From NCBI GenBank assembly GCA_012800315.1, contig JAAZJO010000004.1:1-63189 (forward strand): DNA of 63,189 nt. The letters are read 5' to 3'. Position numbers and translations under genes: made by a program. Source of the stretch: Candidatus Falkowbacteria bacterium (GTDB lineage: Bacteria > Patescibacteriota > Patescibacteriia > Patescibacteriales > UBA12465). The notes below the pieces were generated by a model, which made no database searches, had not been told where the DNA came from, and saw nothing but the letters and a program-made list of their open reading frames with translations. How positions within the stretch are numbered: the stretch's first letter is position 1; each line of letters begins with the position of its first letter. This document shows, one piece after another, positions 1 to 9,244 of the stretch.

Positions 1-2157
1 TCTAAGCAGCTACCATTTAATATTATAATGGAATTGCTGTTTGCTATTTGGTTAGTTTTTATCATGCGTTATCCAGAATATCGTCCGAAGAAAAACTGGA
101 TTTCAATTGGTTTAATTGCTTATTTTATTGCTATTTTAATTTCTTGTTTCTCGGGTGTTGATTTTAATTTGAGCTTCTGGGGTGATGCGGAAAGAATGCT
201 AGGCTTTTTTCATTTAGCGCACTTTTTAATTTTTTATTTTGTTATTATTACTGCTTTTCGTTCCTGGAAAGACTGGAAACTTCTTTTTCTTTCCTTGGTG
301 GTGGTTGCTACCTTAATTAGTTTGATTGGTTTATTTGGTGCAGATCCGTATAGTACAATTGGTAATACAGCCTATGTTAGTGGCTATCTTATTTTTGGCA
401 TTTATTTTGTTTTTTTATTATTTTTTCGTTCTGAGAATAAGGGCATGCGTTGCTTATATTTACTTCCGCTTTTTATTATGTTAATGGAGTTTAAGAACAT
501 GCGCACTTCGGGGGCAATTATTGCTTTGGGAGTAAGTATTTTATTATTATTTCTACTATTAGGTTTATCACATGCTAATAAAAAAGTGCGGGTTGGTTCG
601 TTAATTTCTTTTTTGGTGGCAGTTGTTGCGATTCTTGTTGTTTTTTCTCAGTCAGATGCGGCTTGGTTTCAAAATAGTTTTTTAAGGAATTTAACTTCTC
701 AAAAAGCGACTTTTCAAACTCGTTTGATTTCTTGGCGGGGAGCAGTTAAAGATTTTCACAATCATCCAGTGATCGGGGTTGGTTTTGGTAATTATGCAAT
801 CATCTTTGACAAGATGTTTGACTCTAAGTTTTATAATTATGCTACTGGTGACACTTATTTTGATCGCGCTCATAATAATTTAATTGATATTGCTTCCACG
901 ACTGGCTTAGTTGGTTTAATAACTTATTTGAGTATTTTTTTAGCAGCTGCTTATTATTTATGGAATGAGTTTAAGCTGAATGGTAAAAGAACGGGTAGCG
1001 ATCCTAGTGGTCTGAATAATATAGAAATTATTATTTTAACTTCTTTATTAGCCGCTTATTTTATTCAGAATTTGGCGATTTTTGATTCTTTTACCACTCT
1101 AATGGGTCTAACGATTACTTTGGGCTTTATTTATTGGCTTAATTTTCGCCGTAATAATGAGAAAACGAGTGAGCGTCAACCACGCTTTGTCATTAAAAGT
1201 GATAGCGGGGAATTAATTTGTTTAATTATTTTCTTATTAGCTACTTTTATTTTTACAAATTATTATAATATTAAGACTTTTAAGATGTTCCAGGGCTCAA
1301 TTGATGCTTATACTCAAATTGCTTATGGTCAGCTGGAAGATGGGGTGGTTATTTATAAAAATAATCTAGTTGGTCGGCCAATGGAGCGTGACGCTCGGGT
1401 GACTTTAATTCATTTAATAGTAAATAATCCCTCGTTATTAGATACTTTAAGTGTGGAAAAAGCATTTGATGTTCTTGATTATGTTGTTTCTTTGGCTAAA
1501 TTGAATGTTTCGGAAAATCCGGGAGATAGTTTAATGCAGTTGCAGTTAGCTCAAATTTTAGATGTGGCAGCTAGATATAGTTATAGCTATCAGAATTTAG
1601 AAAAGTTTAATTTTTATTCTCCGGAAGCGATGCAGGCTATTGATCTTTCAATTAAAGCTAGTCCGGGAAGAGCGACTACTTATTTTGTGAAAGCGCAAAT
1701 GCTTTTGTTTAGACAAGAGAATGATGAGGTAGTGGCAACTATGAAGCAAGGGATTGCTCTAAACCCTGATTATGCCGAGGGACATTGTCTTTTAGCGCAG
1801 ATGCTTTTCTTTATTGGGGATAGTAAATATGATAATGAAGTTGGAGAAGCGATTAATAATTGTCTTGATCGGGGTGGGGTTGCCGAGATTAGCTCAGTTA
1901 GCTTTTTGAAATCAGGGATAAATTATTATGCTTCAATAAAAGATTATGATCGGGCAGCTACTTTATCAGAACGTTTAGCGGAAATCTCTGAGCCAGATTC
2001 AGAGATTTGGAATAATCAGGCTCGGCTTTATTATTTGCTTAATAAAAAAGATCAGGCTGAAGCTGCTTTTCAAAAAGCTCTAGCTCTTAATCCAACTTTA
2101 GTTGAGGATTGGAATGAATTTAAAGCATTTATTGACGCTAATCGTAAAGAAGAATAA
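1..2157 (+). CDS. O-antigen ligase (Wzy_C)-family membrane protein with C-terminal TPR region; 5'-partial
   Basis: The frame is open from base 1 (SKQLPFNII precedes the M at 28). About 10 TM segments, ligase-type motifs TRLISWRGAVKDF..HPVIGVGFGNY and DRAHNNLIDI, and a helical TPR-like C-terminus (AEAAFQKALALNP). Confidence 0.8.
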   Translation, partial: SKQLPFNIIMELLFAIWLVFIMRYPEYRPKKNWISIGLIAYFIAILISCFSGVDFNLSFWGDAERMLGFFHLAHFLIFYFVIITAFRSWKDWKLLFLSLVVVATLISLIGLFGADPYSTIGNTAYVSGYLIFGIYFVFLLFFRSENKGMRCLYLLPLFIMLMEFKNMRTSGAIIALGVSILLLFLLLGLSHANKKVRVGSLISFLVAVVAILVVFSQSDAAWFQNSFLRNLTSQKATFQTRLISWRGAVKDFHNHPVIGVGFGNYAIIFDKMFDSKFYNYATGDTYFDRAHNNLIDIASTTGLVGLITYLSIFLAAAYYLWNEFKLNGKRTGSDPSGLNNIEIIILTSLLAAYFIQNLAIFDSFTTLMGLTITLGFIYWLNFRRNNEKTSERQPRFVIKSDSGELICLIIFLLATFIFTNYYNIKTFKMFQGSIDAYTQIAYGQLEDGVVIYKNNLVGRPMERDARVTLIHLIVNNPSLLDTLSVEKAFDVLDYVVSLAKLNVSENPGDSLMQLQLAQILDVAARYSYSYQNLEKFNFYSPEAMQAIDLSIKASPGRATTYFVKAQMLLFRQENDEVVATMKQGIALNPDYAEGHCLLAQMLFFIGDSKYDNEVGEAINNCLDRGGVAEISSVSFLKSGINYYASIKDYDRAATLSERLAEISEPDSEIWNNQARLYYLLNKKDQAEAAFQKALALNPTLVEDWNEFKAFIDANRKEE

Positions 2158-2187
2158 AAATAAAAAATAAATAAAGACAAAGAACTT

Positions 2188-2220
2188 AAAAATCAGACCA
2201 GAAGGTCTGATTTTTTATTT
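2188..2220 (+). terminator. Rho-independent terminator
   Basis: AAAAATCAGACC-AGAA-GGTCTGATTTTT followed by a T-rich tail. Confidence 0.85.
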
Positions 2221-2347
2221 TAGGAAAATAAGCGGTTTATTGTGATGTTTTCACTAAAAGTAGCAAGAAACTTTTTATTTTCTTTTTAAAATTCTATCAG
2301 GACGTTTTTGTTATATTAAAGAGGCTAAGAATTAATCTTTAAAAATT

Positions 2348-3316
2348 ATGGAGATCAAAAAAAAGTTTCATCGCCTATTTGAAAATTGGCGATTGAAGAC
2401 AAAAAAAAGGCGATTAGCTACACCACGCGCTAAAATAATTTTTGCTATTTTATTGTTGGTTGCTATTTTTCTTGTCTATCTAATTGTTTCGCTTTTGTGC
2501 GTGAGCAGAGGAGAGGTGGCTTTAGCTAAGCTAGAGAAATCATTTCTTAATGAGGCAATTTGTCATGAAGAATGTTTTTTGCGACGGCAAAAAGAGATAG
2601 AAATTATTAAAGCTGAACTAGAGAAAGGCAGTGCTCGTTTAGAAAAAAGAATAGTTGCCTACTGTTTTAAGGCGGAGACAGTTTTTGGGTTTAAAAAAGA
2701 ACTTATTCGGATATTAGCAGCTGTTTATGGAAAAAATAATTTACCGGCCTATTTAAATGATTATTTAATTGATCCACGGGCTGATGTGCGTTTAATTAGG
2801 GAAATTTGGGCTGTATTTGCCCCGAAAACGGTCAATAGTAGTGATTTGCTGGCTAATTTGCATCGGCGGATAACAACAGCCACAGATGAGGCTGAGAAGA
2901 TTGAGGCAGTGAAAACTTTAGCTAAAGTCGGTGGTGGCAGCGAAATTGATAATTATTTTTTGCTTTTGAATAGTGAGGTCGGAGTAGCAGTAAAAAAACA
3001 GGCTATTAGTGGTATTAGCAATGTTTTAGAAAAATCAAAATACTTTACTTTAGATCAATTAGCTTTATTAAAATCTTTTATTTTAGCACCAGAAACAGAT
3101 AAAAGATTACGGCAAGAGATGGTTTTATTAGTCGGAGATTATTATTTGCTTTATCCTCAAGAAAGTGAAGTCGTGTGGCAGGCAGTTTATGATAATAATT
3201 CTTTAGATATAATTAGTCGCTTTTTTAGCGCTGATAGTTTAAATCATCTCGCGGATAAGAAATTAGAATTACCCGCGGTTAGCTCTACTGATTGGGCTGA
3301 TTATTATAATCAATAA
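2348..3316 (+). CDS. Membrane-anchored hypothetical protein with HEAT/ARM-like helical repeats
   Basis: Basic N-terminus, one TM segment, a CHEEC motif, then amphipathic helical repeats (EKIEAVKTLAKV, VKKQAISGISNV). The fold call is by eye. Confidence 0.5.
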   Translation: MEIKKKFHRLFENWRLKTKKRRLATPRAKIIFAILLLVAIFLVYLIVSLLCVSRGEVALAKLEKSFLNEAICHEECFLRRQKEIEIIKAELEKGSARLEKRIVAYCFKAETVFGFKKELIRILAAVYGKNNLPAYLNDYLIDPRADVRLIREIWAVFAPKTVNSSDLLANLHRRITTATDEAEKIEAVKTLAKVGGGSEIDNYFLLLNSEVGVAVKKQAISGISNVLEKSKYFTLDQLALLKSFILAPETDKRLRQEMVLLVGDYYLLYPQESEVVWQAVYDNNSLDIISRFFSADSLNHLADKKLELPAVSSTDWADYYNQ

Positions 3317-3320
3317 AAAT

Positions 3321-6300
3321 ATGAAAATAAATTTAATTAAAAAATACTTTTTATTTTTCTGCTTATTACTGTGTTTAAATTTTCTGTATCCGTCATTTTG
3401 TCAGGCAATGGTGCCAGGCGCTTTAGTTTATCGTACTTCTAGCAATGGGAAAATGTTTGGTTATAGTGGCGATTCCTTAGTTGAGTCAAAAAAAGGAATT
3501 ATGAAAGATATTTATCCCGGTCATGTGGGAATATATGTTGGTCAAGAAGATGGGGTTGATTATGTTGTTGAAGCTTTGGCGGGTGGAGTGGTGATGACGC
3601 CGGCGGATAAATTTGTTAATGAGGCGGAGGGAGAAAAATATTTAGGGGCAAAAATTCCGAAAAATTTAACGGCTGCTCAGCAAGCAAAAGTAGTGAAGAT
3701 AGCACGTAGTCTGGCTGCTAAAGAATTAGCTTATGATTTTGATTATAAAACACAGAAGGGACCATATTCTGGTCAATGGACTTGTGTGGGTTTAGTAGAA
3801 AAGATTTATGAGAGTGCCAATATTTCTAATCCGCATAATTTAGAAGCCTTAGAATATGATAATGATTATTATGCTATTGATATAACTGATGACGGTTTTG
3901 ATAATTACAGCATTATTAACGATGAGGGTGATTGTTTTTCAACTGATTATGAATTTTCTAAAATTGCTCGCCGGAAAAATTTATTACTACCAGCTCCGGA
4001 ATTAATTGGTTATGATGTGGGTTTTGAGATAGCGGGGGAACGTTTTGTTTTCTTGCCATATACGCAGTTTTTGCAACCAACTTTAATTGACACGCCGACT
4101 GATATTCAAATGTCTTCCTCTTTTTCTGGAGAAGAGGTACGTGGCTCTTATAACGCTGGCGCTTTAGCAGCCAGATGGAGCTTAATTAATAATCCAATTT
4201 CTTCAGTGAAGATAATTGTTCAAAAAACTAATGATTTATTACTTAGTTTAAAAGATAAAATTTTTGGTGCTGATACAGATATAGCAGACAGTATTGTATT
4301 TAATGATTTGGTTGAAGAGCTTAGTCCGGAATTAGCAGTAGCTGTTAAAGCACGAGCGATTATTAATAAAGCTGATAAAAAGAGCAGTACTTCCGAAAAA
4401 GAAAAAACTTCTTTGCAAAAGTTGTCTGAGCAAGCTTATGCTAACAAGTCAAAGAAGATAACAGCTAAGGTGGTAAAAAATTCAGAGTTGACTACTAAAT
4501 CAGCTGCGAAAAATAATGAGAAGGCTGCGCAGACGACTAAAACAGAAGCTAAGAAGGAGGTAAAAACAGAAGTTGAGAAGAATGATAATAATGCAAGTTC
4601 AACTTTAACTTTAGCTACGACTTATTATGCCCCAACTGTTTCTACTCCTAATAATTTCAATCAAAATAATAATGCTAGTAGTGGGGGAAGTGGTAGTGGA
4701 GGAGGGGGTGGTAGTTCTTATTCAAGCTCTCAAGTGACTGATAATTATCCTAAGATTGCTACGATTGATAAAATTTACGCAACTGATGATAGTGATTGGA
4801 TTGAATTATATAATCCAACTGATCACGATTTTGATTTAGCGGCGGCTGGTTATAGAATTGAATGGGCGAAATCAGCTAAAGATCCGGAACCGATTATGGT
4901 TATTGGTAATGAGGATTATGGTTATTATCCGGGAGGAACAGTTATAAAAGCGCACGGTTATTATTTGATTGTTAAGGATACAGCGGCTGATTATTATTTA
5001 AGTAAAGCTGATGCGGTAGCTACACGTGAGCGTTTTTCTTGGAAGGGTTCCGGTTATACTTTATTTTTAGGTACAGCAGCCATTAGCTCAATTACTGATG
5101 AAGATATTGTGGAAGCCGTTGGTTTTGGCACAGAGGCAACTTATTTTCAAGGGAATGGTCCAGCACCAGAGATAAAAGATTATTATGTTTTAGCTAGGAT
5201 AGCTGATAGTGGAAATAATGATACTGATTTTCAGTTAATAAAATCAGATAATCCAGAAATTGATTGGTTAGCCTTAGAAAGGAATGATCAGAAATCTGCC
5301 AATGAGAACCCTGATTCTTTAGTTGAGAATGAAGATGATGTTTCTGATGAAGATGGGGATGATGTTTCTAATGAAGGCGAGGATAATATTTTTGATGAAG
5401 GTGAGGATAATGTTCTTGATAATGGTGATGAGGTGACCACTTCTTCTGAAGAATTTATTGAAGATGTTCCAATCTTTATTAATAAAATTTATGCGACCGG
5501 CAATAATGATTGGATTGAATTATATAATCCAAGTGATCACGATTTTGATTTAGCGGCAGCTGGTTATCGTTTAAGTAAAGCAAAAACTTCAGAATATCCT
5601 AATATTTTAATGCGGATTGGTAAACCAGAAGATGGTTATTATCCCGGAGGAACGGTTATTAAGGCAAGGAGTACTTATTTAATTGTTCGTGATGAGGCTA
5701 GTGATTTTTATCAAATTAAGGCGGATGCTATTGCTACTAATACCGATTTTACTTGGGGTGATTCCGGTTATACGATTTATTTAGGAAAAGGTGCAATTAG
5801 TTCTAGTACTGATCCAGATATTTTAGAAATTATTGGTTTTGGTCCGGAGGCTAGCTATTGGCAGGGGACTGGACCAGCGCCGGCTATTGCTGACAATTAT
5901 ATTTTAAGTCGTGTAGCTACTAGCAGTGATAACAGGCTTGATTTTGAATTAATTGAATCAGATGATCCGGATATTGATTGGCCGTCTGCTGAAGTAGAGG
6001 AGCCGATTTTTAACGGAGTGTATACTTTTTATCCATCTGATTATGATTTATTACCACAAGTAGAACCGATTGAGTCAGCTGATTTAAAATATCTTTGGCA
6101 CTTTGATGAATGTTCTGGCGAGCAAATTAATAGCGCAGTGGGTTCGTCCACCACTGTTTTTAGTAGTGATTGGGCGGGTGGAAAATTTGATTGCGCTCAA
6201 GAAGCTGGCTTAATCCAAAAAAAGATAAGTAGCTTTTTAGAGGAACCAGTAGATATAAATAATTTTTCTTTGAGTTTTTGGTTTAAAACTAATCAGGAAT

Positions 6301-7298
6301 ATCCACGTTTAAGCCTAACTTTATCAAACAGTGAAGATGAAAATATTAATCTTACTTTAGAAAAAGGTTTAATGCAGTTTGCTGGTTTACCTAATCCAGA
6401 TTGGCGCTACTATACAGAATTTCCTTTTGATCATGTTTGGCGACAAGCAATGCTAGTGGTCAATCGTCAGGAGGGTTATTGGGCTTTTTATGTTGATGGG
6501 GAAGAGAAAATGTATATTAATTCTTATAAAATTTTTCCGTTGATGGATAAATTAGAAATTGGTGGCACTAATGGATTATTTGTTATTGATGAAGTAGCTA
6601 TTTGGGAGAGAGCTTTGTCGCCAGATGAGGTTTATTTGGTCCGTAATATTGAAGAGCCATTTGCGCCAATTACTTTTCGTAGTCTGCAATCAGCTGCAGT
6701 TTTAAAACATTTTTGGAATTTTAATGAGGGGGTGGGAACAAGCACGGCTGATTTAATTGGTGAGGCAGATTTAATTATTGATAAAGATGCTTGGCGTAGT
6801 TTAGATTTGGAGAATAGCGTGTTGGTTAATAAATGGGGTAAAGATGTTTTAGTTGAGTTTCCGGTTTTAGAATCACCAGATCTTTCCTTGACTTTTAAAT
6901 GGCGGAGCACTGATGTTTCTTGTGGTGATCGTAATCGGATTAGCTTAAGAAATAAAGAGGTTGATCGTATTTTAACAGCTATTCCTGGTCAGTATGTTTC
7001 TGGTTATAATTTTGCTGGTAAATATAATTTTATTGGTTATACTGATTGTTTAAAGACACCAAAAGATACAGAATGGCATGATATCGCAATAGTTTATGAT
7101 TCTTATCGCAGCTTATTACGCCTGTATCTTGATGGTCAAGCAACAGAAGAGCATAGTTATCTTTGGCCAGTCAATCGGCCATTAGCCGATTCCCTGGAGA
7201 TAGTTTTAGAGAACGGGGTAGTAGAAATAGATGACCTGGGAGTTTGGGAGGGCGCTTTAAGTGCAAAACAAATTGAGGTAATATCAGCTAATAATTAA
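3321..7298 (+). CDS. Secreted multidomain protein: permuted papain-like (YiiX/YebB-type NlpC/P60) amidase, 2x lamin-tail domain, 2x LamG/ConA-like domain
   Basis: Signal peptide. His before Cys (GHVGIY..VEAL..YDF..TCVGLVEKIY). Duplicated I(N/D)KIYA..DWIELYNP (LTD) units, and W(H/N)F(D/N)E..G / SFWFK / IDEVAIWERALS (LamG) units. Confidence 0.7.
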   Translation: MKINLIKKYFLFFCLLLCLNFLYPSFCQAMVPGALVYRTSSNGKMFGYSGDSLVESKKGIMKDIYPGHVGIYVGQEDGVDYVVEALAGGVVMTPADKFVNEAEGEKYLGAKIPKNLTAAQQAKVVKIARSLAAKELAYDFDYKTQKGPYSGQWTCVGLVEKIYESANISNPHNLEALEYDNDYYAIDITDDGFDNYSIINDEGDCFSTDYEFSKIARRKNLLLPAPELIGYDVGFEIAGERFVFLPYTQFLQPTLIDTPTDIQMSSSFSGEEVRGSYNAGALAARWSLINNPISSVKIIVQKTNDLLLSLKDKIFGADTDIADSIVFNDLVEELSPELAVAVKARAIINKADKKSSTSEKEKTSLQKLSEQAYANKSKKITAKVVKNSELTTKSAAKNNEKAAQTTKTEAKKEVKTEVEKNDNNASSTLTLATTYYAPTVSTPNNFNQNNNASSGGSGSGGGGGSSYSSSQVTDNYPKIATIDKIYATDDSDWIELYNPTDHDFDLAAAGYRIEWAKSAKDPEPIMVIGNEDYGYYPGGTVIKAHGYYLIVKDTAADYYLSKADAVATRERFSWKGSGYTLFLGTAAISSITDEDIVEAVGFGTEATYFQGNGPAPEIKDYYVLARIADSGNNDTDFQLIKSDNPEIDWLALERNDQKSANENPDSLVENEDDVSDEDGDDVSNEGEDNIFDEGEDNVLDNGDEVTTSSEEFIEDVPIFINKIYATGNNDWIELYNPSDHDFDLAAAGYRLSKAKTSEYPNILMRIGKPEDGYYPGGTVIKARSTYLIVRDEASDFYQIKADAIATNTDFTWGDSGYTIYLGKGAISSSTDPDILEIIGFGPEASYWQGTGPAPAIADNYILSRVATSSDNRLDFELIESDDPDIDWPSAEVEEPIFNGVYTFYPSDYDLLPQVEPIESADLKYLWHFDECSGEQINSAVGSSTTVFSSDWAGGKFDCAQEAGLIQKKISSFLEEPVDINNFSLSFWFKTNQEYPRLSLTLSNSEDENINLTLEKGLMQFAGLPNPDWRYYTEFPFDHVWRQAMLVVNRQEGYWAFYVDGEEKMYINSYKIFPLMDKLEIGGTNGLFVIDEVAIWERALSPDEVYLVRNIEEPFAPITFRSLQSAAVLKHFWNFNEGVGTSTADLIGEADLIIDKDAWRSLDLENSVLVNKWGKDVLVEFPVLESPDLSLTFKWRSTDVSCGDRNRISLRNKEVDRILTAIPGQYVSGYNFAGKYNFIGYTDCLKTPKDTEWHDIAIVYDSYRSLLRLYLDGQATEEHSYLWPVNRPLADSLEIVLENGVVEIDDLGVWEGALSAKQIEVISANN
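4764..5981 (+). repeat. Intragenic direct duplication of 504 bp (4764-5267 and 5478-5981), encoding the two lamin-tail-like domains
   Basis: The copies align at the DNA level, e.g. GATTGGATTGAATTATATAATCCAA, GATCACGATTTTGATTTAGCGGC and GGTTATTATCC(G/C)GGAGGAAC occur in both. Confidence 0.85.
5331..5432 (+). repeat. Degenerate 24-bp tandem repeat encoding an acidic linker
   Basis: 8-aa periodicity EDDVSDED/GDDVSNEG/EDNIFDEG/EDNVLDNG. Confidence 0.7.
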
Positions 7299-7301
7299 CA
7301 A

Positions 7302-7327
7302 AAAAAGCCACCTAGGGGTGGCTTTTT
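7302..7327 (+). terminator. Rho-independent terminator
   Basis: AAAAAGCCACC-TAGG-GGTGGCTTTTT. Confidence 0.85.
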
Positions 7328-7329
7328 AC

Positions 7330-7358
7330 TTGATTTTTTTCTCCTTTTCTTGTATTCT
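7330..7358 (+). promoter_or_regulatory. Sigma70-type promoter for rnpB
   Basis: TTGATT-17 nt-TATTCT, ending 6 nt before the P1 helix. Confidence 0.55.
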
Positions 7359-7364
7359 GTAAGT

Positions 7365-7771
7365 GTTATCGGGATAAGCGGGCAATCGCTCTTTTTTGTA
7401 ATTTTTATTACAAAAAGGGGAGGAAAGTCCGGACTCCAGGCTTATTTTATAAGCAAGACGATAGTGGGTAACGCCCACCGAAGCGCTTAAATTATTTTTA
7501 GGAGCTTTAGGGATAGTGCCACAGAGACAATTCTAATCCTGGAAATTTTGACAGGATAAAAGGTGAAAAGATATTGGATGTTTCCATCAGGAAGCTACCG
7601 ATTTCGGCCTCCGGTGACGGAGATGCCGTGGTAAACCCTATCAGGAGCAAGAGCAAAGTTTTATTCATTTTTTGAATAAAATAAAAAGTAGCTCGCCCGA
7701 GTTTATCAGTAATGATAAACCTAGATAAATGATTGCTAGAACAGAATCCGGCTTATGGCTGTCCCGATAAC
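7365..7771 (+). ncRNA. rnpB: RNase P RNA
   Basis: P1 GTTATCGGGA/TCCCGATAAC; P4 signatures GAGGAAAGTCCGG and ACAGAATCCGGCTTA; AGTGCCACAGA; GGTAAACCC; GGAGCAAG; CTAGATAAATGATTGC. Confidence 0.96.
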
Positions 7772-7795
7772 TATTTGCTTCTATTTATTTTATAT

Positions 7796-9211
7796 ATGAA
7801 AAAAATTGAAACATTTTTTTCCGTTTTAATGATTCCAGTTGATTTTGTTTTATTAATTTTAGCTGGTTTAAGCGCTTATCATTTAAGATTTTCTTCTTGG
7901 TGGACGGGTATTCGTCCCATTATTTTTGATTTACCTTTCCCGGAATATTTTCGCTCTTTAATTTTAGTAGCGATAATTTGGATTTTAATTATGGCCATGT
8001 CTGGTTTATATAATATCCGAGGCGCTCGTAGAATAGCAGTAGAAATTAATAAAATATTTTTTGCTTGCGCAGCTGGCTTGGCTGTGATTGCTATTATTAT
8101 TTTTTTCCGACGTGATTTATTTGATTCTCGCTTTATTGTTTTAATGGGTTCGGTGTTTGCTTTTCTCTATTTAACGATTGCCCATATTTTTATTCGTTGG
8201 CTGCAGAAGGAATTATATAAATTTGGCATCGGTGTTCGTAAGGTTATTTTGGTGGGCAACTCAATGACCACTGATAGTTTGATGTCAGAATTTTCTAGCA
8301 ATAAGAAAGCTGGTTTTGAAGTAGTAAAACGAGTGCGTGATTTTTCTTTAGAAACAGCTCAGGAAGTAGCTGAGTTTATTACTAATCATGAGGTTGATGA
8401 AATTATTTCTAGTGATCCAAATTTAACTAAAGCTGAGACTTTGCGTCTTTATGATTTTTCTAATGAGAATCATATTACTTTTAAATATGTAGCTGATTTA
8501 TTAGAGGTTAAAGTTTTACGTACAGAAGTGGCGGAAATTTTTGGCATGCCGATTGTGGAAGTAAAACGCACAACCCTAGAAGGTTGGGGCAAAGTTTGGA
8601 AGAGACTTTTTGATATCGTTGCTTCTGGTATTTTAATTATTTTATTATCACCAGTACTTATTTTAACTATGTTGGCTATTGTTTTAGATTCACGTGGACC
8701 GATATTTTTTTCACGTCGTGATGATGGCAGTCCAGTTTATCGGGTAGGGGAAGGTGGTGTACCTTTTCGTTATTTTAAATTTCGCTCAATGATCCCTAAT
8801 TCTGATAATATGCGCTATAAAGAATTAGCTGATCGTAATTTACGTAGCGAGGGGCCCTTGGTTAAGATTAAAGATGATCCACGGGTGACGCGGGTTGGTC
8901 GCTTTATTCGTCGCTGGTCAATTGATGAATTGCCGGAATTATTTTTAGTTTTTATTGGTCGCATGAGCTTGGTTGGGCCACGTCCACATTTACCAGAGGA
9001 GGTGGCTAAATATGAAAATTATCATCGTAAAACTTTAACAGTTAAGCCAGGGATCACTGGTTTAGCTCAGGTTTCTGGTCGTAGCGATTTATTATTTGAA
9101 GAAGAGGCTAAGTTAGATATTTATTATATTGAAAACTGGTCTTTTTTACTTGATATCTCTATTTTACTAAGAACACCTTTGGCGGTTTTAAAACATCGTG
9201 AGGCAGAATAA
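7796..9211 (+). CDS. Priming polyprenyl glycosylphosphotransferase (WcaJ/WbaP-like sugar transferase)
   Basis: KRLFDI..., FRYFKFRSM, DDPRVTRVGRFIRRWSIDELPEL, MSLVGPRP, KPGITGLAQVSGR. The start was moved from 7733 (inside rnpB) to the ATG at 7796. Confidence 0.92.
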   Translation: MKKIETFFSVLMIPVDFVLLILAGLSAYHLRFSSWWTGIRPIIFDLPFPEYFRSLILVAIIWILIMAMSGLYNIRGARRIAVEINKIFFACAAGLAVIAIIIFFRRDLFDSRFIVLMGSVFAFLYLTIAHIFIRWLQKELYKFGIGVRKVILVGNSMTTDSLMSEFSSNKKAGFEVVKRVRDFSLETAQEVAEFITNHEVDEIISSDPNLTKAETLRLYDFSNENHITFKYVADLLEVKVLRTEVAEIFGMPIVEVKRTTLEGWGKVWKRLFDIVASGILIILLSPVLILTMLAIVLDSRGPIFFSRRDDGSPVYRVGEGGVPFRYFKFRSMIPNSDNMRYKELADRNLRSEGPLVKIKDDPRVTRVGRFIRRWSIDELPELFLVFIGRMSLVGPRPHLPEEVAKYENYHRKTLTVKPGITGLAQVSGRSDLLFEEEAKLDIYYIENWSFLLDISILLRTPLAVLKHREAE

Positions 9212-9244
9212 TAATTAATATCGCTTTGGTGATTTTTAACAAAA

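Noticed and set aside
7733-7795. ORF-track N-terminal extension of the sugar transferase
   Set aside because: It lies inside the RNase P RNA 3' end (P4/P1 strands); the ATG at 7796 fits better.
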